From NCBI GenBank assembly GCA_965202585.1, contig OZ241830.1:45818001-45882000 (forward strand): 64,000 nt of DNA, in the 5' to 3' direction. Source of the stretch: Thalia democratica. Its lineage: Eukaryota. The notes beneath the pieces are model-generated. The model had not been told where the DNA came from, searched no databases, and saw nothing but the letters and a program-made list of their open reading frames with translations. Every line of letters begins with the position of its first letter. Position 1 is the stretch's first letter. Shown here in pieces: positions 11,801 to 23,800 of the stretch. The position numbers and the translations under genes were made by a program.

Positions 11801-14800
11801 TTCTACAAGTATTATTATTTTGTATATATTTAAATCCATTTTTTTTAGTTTATGTATAGTTTTATCTTTTGTTTTCATATTTATAAATAAAGTAAACAAA
11901 TTGTTACAAGTGGGAAAGTCCCCAGTCTGCTTTTAACTAAAAGCAATATCAAAAAACAACCATTATGGTAAGTATATTTGGTACCTCTCGTATCTTTACA
12001 ATCTCTGGATCTTTATGCATTTTTTCTGTGGACACAATGTGCGTAAATAAGCAAGAGGTTACTGTAATTATTGAATTTTTACTCTAGTAATAGATTAGAA
12101 ATAACACTTATTTCAAAACTTATCACTGAATTTGTTATGTTAAGGGCATAGAGGGGTAAATCACCTTTTTCACAACTTAGTCGCTTTTGGCAGATTTTTA
12201 AAGCTCAAAATATTTTTGAGATGAAGCTGGTTGAAGTCGGATACTACAATAGTACTAATCAAGACCCCCAAATACCTAAAATGACTTCTAAAGGGGATTT
12301 TCCTTGCTTTGAAAAAATGTCAGACTAAATTGGTCTCAGTCAGGCTAAATGAAAGAAATCTTGCGCACGAACCCTGAGTAAAGTTTACTTACCAAAGTTA
12401 ATTTCAAAAAAACAAAAACAAACGCAGATAGTAGAAATTGGGTCGAGAATATTTGGCTTAAAAATGCTTACTTATCTAGTAGATCTTCTTTGGTCACCAG
12501 TAACTTTTCAGGAGTGACAGATATCCAAAATAAACTTTTTCCACCAAAGTCTTACAGTCAGGTTTTTTTAATTAAAATATTTATACCTAAATTTTGTTTT
12601 TATTGTAATGTAAATGTTTAATTTTGTTTGAAATTAAAGACAGCTTTGATAATAATGATTCTAAACAAATATAAAGTTTACACAAAAAGTAAGGCGTTTA
12701 AAGCTGGCTAAACACAATATTTTTTTTTGGAAAACAATGACTTATTTATTTTTATTATTAATTTTGTTGGTTTTTTCTAGGTTGAACGGTCAGCGTTTAG
12801 TTTACACCTTCTTGCTTCCTATTGGAACTTACTAAGACGTGAATGTATTCCTGCTCATACAACATCAAAATATCCATTGTGCATGAATCAATACAAGTAA
12901 CTATTTTATTTAATCAAAAGTTTTGCTGTTATCTTAAGTCTGTGCCATATTTTCTAAAGTAAAAAAATCTAGTTAAAAATTTTAAATTAAGTGTTATATG
13001 AGCTAAACTATGGAAAACAAAAAACTTAAAAAAAAATTTATAATAATATACTACATGTAAGTCATATTTAAAACTTGAGAGAAATTATTTTACTTTTTGA
13101 AAACAGTAGCTGTACATGTTTTCTATAGAAATTTTAAAGGTACACCTTTCAAGCTTAATGATATACGTGTAAGGGTTATTATAGCTTTTAAGTTTTTAAA
13201 CTTTTGCAAACTATTTATATCTAATAATGAGAGTTTTGACAACAGGTAAAAGTATTTTTATTAGCATATATGTAAAATGAAATACGTTTAAATAAAGTAG
13301 AAGTCTTTTTTATTTTATGACAATTTTAAGATTTTTTCATTAAAAAGTATAAATAAAGTATAAAAACAAATTGTACAGTAATCTTCCTTTATTGTACTAA
13401 CATATGTTTCTGTGTGTTAACAAATCACAAACTTCAACTGGGTTCTGTAAAAAATAATTACTGTAATGAAAGAATAGAAGCATAGAATAAAGTGGGTGTA
13501 TACATGCTTTTCATTAAGATAAAATAATTTCTACAGATAATAGTTAATAATAGGTAAAATACTTAGTATTAAATCCTTTTGTTTGTTAGCCTTTGTACAC
13601 ACTGCAACACCTAAACTAAATCGAGTGCCTTTCTCTGGTGTGCCTTCTGTTGTGATCAACATCTTCTCTGCAAACAATTTGCTGCAAATCTCTTATTTGA
13701 ATAGTTGCTACAATAGGATTGCAGTTTTTGTAGGAAAAGATCAATTTCTGTATTTGCTTAGAAACATTTTAGTTTTCCATGCTACTCCTTTAAGCTCTTC
13801 ACATGACCATGAATCACTAAAATATCAGGTAGCAATACAGAGAAGACATCAAATACTGCTTTCCAAATAGATCCGGTTCATGCAGGTAGGAGACGACCTC
13901 TTCAAATCCAAAAAGTATTTTGTATACAGAATGCTGCTGACAAATTCTTTTCTTATTCCAACCCACATCTCTTGAAGCTAATTTTGAAGTAAATCTGTTA
14001 GTTTATAAAATCTGTATTTTCCACAAATGTTCGTCATAAGGCAAGCTGAAAAACATATAGCTTTCCACTTCCTATCACAAAACCAGTGTTTCTGTAAAAA
14101 CAATTAAAACAATCTAGATAAAGTTAATGTGTTCCTCTAATAAGCTGCTGTCATCACTTATTTCAACGTTTAAAAGCTACTTGTCATCTATTATATGTTC
14201 CATATTGATCACTAGATCTTAGACAATAAACATTGAGTAATTCTTATAGACCATCTTATTTCAATATTGACTACTGGATGTACCACATTGAATGCTTGAT
14301 GTTCAACGTCAATCATTGGATCTTCCACATTGATCACTGGATCTTCTTTGTTAACAATTTGGTATTTCATATTAATTACTGGATTTTTGATTACATCTAG
14401 TAAACATGTCAGTTCTGCTAATTTTTTTTTCACATATCGAAAATATTCGCGGATAAATAGTATACATAAGATAACCTAATTTTTCTTTAAGGTCATTGCA
14501 ATAGCTGAACTTCTGCATATTCAAAGCTTATATTTAACCGAAAATTAAACACCTCTTACTTTCTGATAAACGCTAGCCACACTTGACTGATCCTAAAGTC
14601 AACTCTTGGTCAGGTTAGCCATTGTAAGTTTGTTACACCCGAATAGTAAAACGAAATGGACGATCGAGTATGCACATTGATGTGGGTAATAAGAAGGCTA
14701 CTTACAATGTTGATTGATACATCCGGTATTTGTTAATTACAAGCATGAATTGGACAGTCAATTAATAATATTACTCAACTATTTTAGGTCGTTAATGAAG

Positions 14801-17800
14801 AATAAGTTCTTATATGATTTGTTGAGTTTATTTAGTTTTGAATTCTAAACGGCCTGTAAAGTTGATAATTACCGAAGTACAAGTAAATCTTAGTTGTTTT
14901 TTTCTAAAAAAAATTTATACCTAAAATTAAACTAGAAAGATTAAAACATTTAAAAAACTTTTTTATTGTTTACAAATATAGTTTAAATCAGATATACTTA
15001 TGGAGTTCCTATTATAGTTTTTGTAAAATTAATTTGTAAATTAAATAAAACAATTAGTACACAACGTTTTTTGTATGCTTGTTCATGTGAAATACATTTG
15101 AAAGTAAATGTTAAGTTAAGATTACTAAATGTATAGGTAGTTTTTGTAAAAATAAAATTCTGTAAGAACACAGTAGTTATAAAAACAGATTTAAATATAT
15201 AAAGTTTGCATATGTTTTATGTACAAAAAGTAACCGCTAGCTGGTACAATTAGATAAAATATGTACAAAGTTCAGTATAAAGTTTTTTATATAAAGTGTT
15301 ATGATTTATATAAATAAAAGAAATACTTTATGTATTTTACAGTTTAATGTACCGTTGATAAATGTTTTGAAAGTATTTTACTTTTATTAGATTATATTTT
15401 CTTTTATCTTTTACATATTTAAGCATAATTTATTGTATTATAATAAAGTATTTTCAAAATATTTTAGCAATGATTTACTTTTTTGCATGACAAAGTTAAC
15501 TTTACATTTAATACATATAAGCAATAACTTTTTGCTTTTGGAGTAGATATTTTCTAGTTTCTGTAGCTCATATGAAAGTTATTTGTTTGTTGAGGTTCAC
15601 TTTGTTTTGTTGCATCTATAAAATACACTTTATTGCTTATAGTACAAGACAATTTTACTTCAGAAAATTTTAAAATTTCAATGTTTTGTTGTTTTGATGT
15701 GTTATTAAATTATGTAAAAAATTGTATGGTTGATTTAAAGTAATCTATATATTACTAAAATTTAATATGGGTAAGCGTATACTTATTTAGGCGATAAAGC
15801 GTTTTTACATATTTTTATATTTGTTTTTTAATTTTTCTTTGAATTGCTTTTGGTAATGATATATAAGTATATATAATGAATTAAAATTTTGATTGCTATT
15901 TGAAATAATAAAGTTATAAATTTTTATCGTCAAGTTTGTTAAGTTTAGCATGAAAAATCTAATGATGTTGTATGTTTTATCTAAAAATTTATATCTTGAT
16001 AGTATACAGGGTTGCTAAAAAACCAAGAAACCTGGAAAAACTTGGAATTTGAATAATTACGAGAAAAAAACCTGGAATGACCTGGAATTTTTAACAATAT
16101 TAACATGTTCAATAGTAAAATTTCGATTTGACACAAAAAATCTATCACATAGATAAAAAAATTGTGTCATCATCAAAATTTTTTCTATTAATAAACACAT
16201 ATAAAATAGCTTTACAGTAACTTTTCAATGTTTTTATACTACTTAATACAGTTTTTTACCTTATACTTAACTTTAAACTAAAAATAGACCAAAAATGTGT
16301 ACTTTTAAAAACCTGGAGAAAAGTTGCCAAAAACATTTGGCAACCCTAAGTATAGAACTAAAGTTTTGTAAACTTAACTTTATATACTGGTATAGTAAAT
16401 ACCTCTTAGTACATTTGAAAAATTTATATGTATAGTGAATATTTAATAATTAGATTTTTTAAGGAAACTAATCTTCATTGAGCCCGTTTAGAAGGGCTTT
16501 TATATAGTTGATGATTGTAGCAACAACCTACATGAAATAATTGTTCTACTTTTTTAAATTTTAAGTTTTTAATATATTATATTTATCTTTATAAATTTTT
16601 ACAATAATATTTAAATACATATTTAGGTACATTTAAATTTTTTTAGGAAAATATATATTTATACTTTTATGGTGTTGCTATTCAAGCTACACAAGCTAAG
16701 TTTTTTTGGAGGTATAAAAAAACATAGGCTTATTTGGATTGTTTTAAATTTTGTTGAGCACTTTGAAAAAATTAAGTTGACTCAAGCCAGTCTAACCTTT
16801 ATTTTATTTAAACTCAGGATATTTTAATTCAAGTAAAAAAGAAGTATTTGTTTTTATTATTATAAGTTAATTTAATTAGTTCTTCTTTATTTTATGATAC
16901 TAAAAGCTCAATTTTCAACAAATTTTACCACATTTCGACAAGAACTACACTTTTAGCTCAGTTATTAACGTTTTATTATCTTAATAATTTACTTAAGCTT
17001 TATAGGTTAGTTTTTAGTCACCAAGGCTATTTAATTAACAGTTTAAAGAGTGTTGTTGGTTTTTGATTTTGATTCATTAAAACTAGTTTCTCAAATTGGC
17101 ATCAGTTTCCAGATTTTTTTTTTCATTCTGAATTATATTTTTAAAAATTAAGTTTTGTAAGTTTTTTAATTAAATATGAGCTATAAAAAGTTTTCTCCCA
17201 AGTTGTATTTCTTTAAACAAACAACTCAAAGTTTATGTTTGTTTTTAGAAACTGTTTCAATGTGACCCGGGTGCCTGGTAAAAACTTGGATGAAATACAT
17301 AACTATTTCAAACTAGAAAGCCAAGAAACCTGTCCTAGTTATTCCATCGTCTTACATAACAAAAAGATATTTAAAATTGACCTTGTTGATGACAAAGGTT
17401 ATTTTTTAACTTGAAGTATATATACATATGTTTAACTAGGTTGAGTAAGTATAATTAAAAACACTTTACATTTGGTTTAGGATGGTATTGGAAAATAGTA
17501 TATTTCAAAATAAAAACTTTAAAACTAGTTCAGTTTTTGGTTGTAGTTTAAATTTATTTAAATTTGTATTAAATTTTTTATGAATAAAAGTGATCTGTAA
17601 GTTTACTTTCAAGTATGGCTTAGTTAATTAATTATTTTAAAGAACCAATCTTGTTTAGGTCATTAAAAGTAGAATTTCTTAAATTTTATTCATTTCCAGT
17701 GATAAAATTAATAATTATTCGTATAAAAAAGAGTTCTTAATTTATTTTTGAAAAGTTTAAAAATATTTTAAATAAGATAAAGGGAAAGTGCAACAGTTTA

Positions 17801-20800
17801 AACCAAAGTAATATTTAAAAAAATGTTAAGTAATTTGAAACCTGTTAAAAAGATTATAACCTTGTTACATTTTACTTCAAAATACATTTTTTCAGACAAT
17901 GTACACACAGTCGCACAATTTATGGATGCTCTTAATTTGATTAAAAGCGATAGATCTGTTGCTGATGTCGGAATAGCTGCAATGACGTCACTACCACGTG
18001 ACAAATGGGCAGATGCACGCAAGCATTTGTTGAGTTTAAGCAAAAAAAATGTAAAAAACTTGCATCAAATCGAATCGGCTGTTCATGTGCTTTGTCTGGA
18101 CTCTGCGACACCGACAAATTTGACTGATATCATGAGAAACTGTATGACTGGTGATTCTACATGCAGGTAAAAACAGGAGATAAGTACAAAACTTTAATAT
18201 TGTAAATTAAAAGGTGGTAAACACAATTAGAATGAAACTATGTAAAAATTTTATCATATAAGTTTTAACAATTGAATTTTATCAAATAAAACGTTTATTT
18301 AATGTAGGGTTTGGCAAACTGTGCAAAGCAAAAATATTTGGCCCGCTTGGTAATTTTCAACTAAAATATTACTATTTTAATTTAAAGAATTAAAAAAATC
18401 TTATAACTTACAATTAGGCTTTTAAATGAACAATTACTACTAACTATTATATATAAAATTATATATTAAACTAAAAATGTCGTATATAAATAATTTTAGG
18501 GTATTTTTGCTTTTTTTATAACTTATTTTATAACAGTATTTTTATTTTATGATATATGTTTATATTGATGATTATAAGTATTTAAGAATTACTGTGGCTT
18601 GTGGAAGACTTTTTCATACAGTTCAATCCGTTAGCAAATTTTTTTTTGAAAAATTGGCCCTTGACTTATAAAAGGCTGTCGACCCTTGGTCTAAAGCTTT
18701 ACTTCGTTATTGTAGAACTGTAGAGCTGTTCATACTTTTTTGTTAGTCAAGTAAAATATTTTGATTACAAAAACAGCTGTTTTGCTTATAGTGTCTTATT
18801 TTGTTTTGCTTATAGTGTTTTATATAAGTGTCACTTATAGATATTTAAATGCAATTGATAAATAAAGTCAAAAACGAATAATTGATTCAATCAAGTAATT
18901 GAAACAAGTAAAACCTAAAGTAAAAAGCTACATAAAATAGATTGAAAAGTTTACACTAATTCACACAGTACTCAGTTTATTAAATTAAAACCTTATAAAG
19001 TTTATGACTTTTAATTGTTTATTGAAGTCATTGGTCGGCAGTCTTTTATAAGTATCCTTAAAACAAAGTTGTTCATGAAATGTATCTTTTACTTAGAAAA
19101 TACAAATTCTAGAATACCTATGTAGATTAATATATTTATTATGTATTTTTAAAGGATATAAGTCTTCAAATAGAACTAGTGCTGGAGAAATAATATTTAG
19201 CAGCCTTATAATAATAAACTAAAAATTGCAAATGAGAGCTTTGCAGTGTTTATAATGGTTTGAATTTTTAGAGTTATATCTGTTTAAATAGATATTGTAA
19301 AATACTTAAAGTTTATTGTTTTAACCTTCAACTAAATAGAACTTTATTATTTATTATTTTTTTGATAAAATGTGTTTGAAGATGGAGGGACAAGTCATAC
19401 AACGAAGTATGGAGTGAAAACGGGGTGTATGCAGCTCACTGCGATCACTCGCCAGTTGATGGAATGGTGTTTGTCACCTATATTGCGTATATGACTAGTC
19501 AACTGAAAACTTGTGGTGGTGACTGGAAGAAGTATGACCACAATAAGTTGTTGTCGCTGTCAGGTCTGGTTAGTTTTGTTGAAACAATTTTTCAAAACTT
19601 ATTTTTAAAACAGTTTTATTTTTTATATTTTGTTGCACTTTTGACATACTGTTAATGAAATCATGATAGGGTTCAAAAAAACGGTGGATACTATAAATTA
19701 TGTTTATATGATAGATTACGTTTATCAAGTAGAAAAAAATATGAGAATTTAAATATTGTAATTTTAATATTTTATTTGTTACTAAGGTTCCCATAAAACC
19801 TAGAATTTGACAATTTAGGCAAAAATTCTTAGAATTTTGAACAAAAATCACTAAAATACTTGGAAAAATCTATAATTTTAAACATTGTAAATAAAAATTT
19901 ATGTATTTTAGATTAGATAAGAAAATCTATCATGTACAATATATTTTTTGGATTTTTTAGAACTACATTTATTATAAAACAAATTGAAATAAAGTAGTCT
20001 TGCAGTATCTTAAATTTAATTTTATACTTAAAGTGTACAAATAAAATTGTACTTTTAAAGACCTGAAAGAAATTCAAAAAACTTCTTTTTTACAAAACCT
20101 ACAAGCAACCGTAAAATAAGTTATTTAATTAATTTTAAAAAATGCCTATTTTTTAGAATTAGTCAAGGCAAAATAGACAAATTACAGCTTATTTATATAT
20201 CTCAATCTGGTCTTAATGGGTTTAGAAACGTATTAAATTCAACAATTACTAAATTTACTAATTTACTAAATTGTAAATGCAAGCATATGTCTCTATGGTG
20301 TTTTTACTGGTACGTTCAAATAGTCACACTTGTGCGTTATTAGTTTTACTGGAAAATTATGGTAAATGTATAATTTATTGTAATTCATTTTGATCAAAAT
20401 CAACTAATTATAATGAATAAACACTTGTTTTAGTTTGTTTATATTTAAATTTAAATCTACACTTTTATTGTGTATATGTAGAATGAGCAAAATTTTTATT
20501 TCAAAAATGGTTTATGTATTTTTAGTTACAGTAAACTAAAAAAAATGCTTTGAGCAAAAACTTATAAATCTTTTAAAAAACCAAAAAAAAGTTTAATTTT
20601 TTTTTCAAAAATTGTTTGTAATATATTTTTTATTTTATTATTAAAATTTAGTACTATCTTTGTATATGGTTTAGAAGTCTATTTAGTTACTATAAAACTG
20701 TATAATGGCTCAGGTAAGTTTTTTCAATAGATTACTGTTAATTATAATTTTAGTCCGTTTGTTACAGTTTTTATACTGATTTTATTTATTTTTACATAAA

Positions 20801-23800
20801 TAACTACAGTCAAGCTAGTTTTTAGTTATGTAACAATATTTAAAAAAGAGTTTTCGTAAATAAGTATTGTAAATATGTTTAAAAAATACATTTATTTGTT
20901 ACAGTTGAACTAAAGTAAAAATATATGCGAAATTAAGTTTGTTTTATCTATTTTATTTTTTAATTTTTTTTAAATAAATTTTGTAAATGGTGTATAAAAA
21001 ACGAGCGTATCAGCTGTTTTGCCAAGTTGACCATGTATTAAATGCAATTAGACAAGACTGACATCACTGATCATACCAGCAAATAATAGCTTCATGGTTA
21101 AATATCATAATCTGTCTGTAGGTTGACAACCACATTTTTTTGGTCTGAAGACTGACTGAATAGTTCAAGGAAATCAAAACTTAGATCTCAGTCTACCTAG
21201 AGCAGCGGTTCTTAACCTTTATTTCATGTTTTACGCCTTTTTGGAATATTATTAACAAATTTACCCCTTTTTGGAAAGTAAATAACAAATTTACTCCCAA
21301 TATCCAAAATAGTGTTTAATTTAAAAAAAAAATTAGATATTTTGAAATTTACAATTATTAAATATTAAAAATCGTAAAGTTTAAACAGTTTATTTAACTT
21401 GAAAAAATTACGGTTAAATACTAACTCATAAATTAAAAATATAAATAATAAACTTTAATTTACATCACTTTTGTTAAAGAAAATATACCTCCTTTGAACA
21501 AGGGAATTTATCTCCACGTGTAAATTTACCCCAGGTTAAGAATCGCTGACCTAGAGCTTGTGTTCTGATGATCCAAGTTGTATGATCAAAATTTTAAGTT
21601 AACTTGAGGTTGTCTCTTGGTACATGAATGTTTTCTTTGATTTTATCAATTTTGTTATAAATGTCTTAAAATTAAAATGAGTAAAAGTTTAATAAATGTA
21701 TTTGGCTTATTTAAAACTAAGGTTTCATGTTTAAATTATTGTTTTACAAATATTACTAAAAGTACTAAATATTTACAAAAAATTTGTTAACTTATGGAAT
21801 TAAAATCTTAAATTTCTTTATACTGTTAAAATTTCTAATATTATTTCTATATTTCTATATTTCTGTATAATAACCAGATAAACCTTCAAAAGTTAAACAA
21901 ATTGTGTTCGACTATGATGAAAAAATAGTACAAGCAATAAAAAAAGGAGAAGAAACAACAATTAATTTTAATGAAGAGATTGATGTAGAAGTTGTAGAGT
22001 TTAAAGGTGTTGGTACCAAGGATCTTAAAAAGTATAATGTTGGTAGAGTTTATTGTTGCTTTAATTTAAAATAAATTTGAAAAACAAGTTTGTGTTTTAA
22101 ACTTTAATGATAAAAATGCTCATTTATCTCTTTTAGATCTTTCAAACTAAATCGAAACTTGCAATGTCTAGTTAGACTAAAGTAAAGTAGTTTAAAGTTT
22201 CACAATAGTAAAGTAACATTAAAGTAGGCTGAAAAAGAAATCGGTATTTATTAATTTGAAATATTGTAAAAATTTTTTTATACATTTAAAAAATAGAATT
22301 TTGATGTAACGTAATATTTCTTAACTTAGATTTTCAAAAAAAAAAGAGCAAAAGTTATCAGAACTTAAACATAATTACTAAAACGTTTTTTAAATATAAT
22401 TTATATTATTAAATTTTATATGTCTTTTAATTTGAAAATAAGGTAACTATAAAACTCCTATTTTGTTTTTGTTTTTTAACAGCTTGTAGATGCTTGATAA
22501 ACTAAAGTATAAAGTTTTAAAGTTTTAAAAGAGCATGTTTACTTATTTTATTAAACAAAAGTAAGAAAAAACAGTTTTACATCAGCTAAAACTATTTATA
22601 AAAACTTGTAACAAGACAACTATCTAATGTTAGTGAAACTGACTAAATCACAGGATCTTATTGATAAATACATTTATATTGCACTGTTTTTACAAACTTT
22701 TAAGGAACAGCTTAAGGACTAAAAAAAGTACGACAAAGGAAAATTTTTTTATTAATTTGTTAGCTAAAGAAAACTTTAAAATATTTATTTTGAAACTATA
22801 AAAAAAGCAAATGATATATTACGTTTATAGTGTTTTTTAAACTGATTTTCTTTCATAGCATGATTTTATACTTTCGAAGTTATCTTAATTTTTTCTAAGA
22901 AAACCCCTTTAAATGATCTGAAGCCAACTGGCATAAATACAGTTGCAAATGAAATTTTAAAAGTTTAGTTTGGAGCTCTAAGTTCTTTAAGATCTTGACT
23001 TAGTAGTACTATCTTTCAAAGAAATATTCAAATTTATATCATTTCATATTTCCAGTTTCAGACTCAATGTCAGGATGAATCAAAAACATAAATAAACACA
23101 ATGAATTTATTCTATACAAATAAAAGTTTTTAGTATATATATTGTTTGGAATAAACAAATGTATTTTTATTTTATATTATCAGATAAACCCATCATTCTT
23201 CGTACAAGCAGCTATTCAACTTGCTTATACGAGAGTTCACAACAAAGTTCCCTCAACATATGAAACTGCATCTGCTAGAAAGTAAGAATGAGTTAAATTT
23301 ACAATTTCCGGTTTACTTTTAAGGTTGGTACACAAAAAAAGAAATTTATGTAAGTATTTATGTATGTGCAGAAGTATATTATCTATTTGTTTTTGCTTAC
23401 AAAGCAGTAAAATCAGTAAAACAGCATTAAAAGAAAAATTGCATTTCGGATGTAATTTAAAAACAGATTAGTGAGTTATTCCTAGTCATATTTCTTAAAA
23501 CTAAAGATTATAATTTTAAAAAGATTGCAGCAAAACCATGGTTTCATTATATAAAGTTAATTTATTAAGATGTTAAAAGCTATTATAAAAGAGTGTTCGA
23601 AAAAGAGTTATATTTAAAGAAAATCTATTACTTATATTTAATACTGTTATTAATACAAAAATTATGTATAACTTTTTTTTCCTATAATATAAGTTGTGAT
23701 CCTAAGCAAGCATTAAAAAGTTTTTTAAAAATTTTAGTTTAACACTGTAGTCATCAAAGTTTTAAACCTTTTTACTTTACTATAAAATAAAAGCTTAGTT

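Noticed and set aside
13583-13870. 95-aa plus-strand ORF in CROT intron 4
   Set aside because: No CROT homology and not needed for the CROT frame; the coding-like signal and acceptor are on the minus strand.
14040-14085. GSGK-x-x-x-FQL resembling RecQ helicase motif I on the minus strand
   Set aside because: Needs a frameshift, and no later helicase motifs (SPL, DEAH) are visible; kept only as part of the unassigned decayed block.
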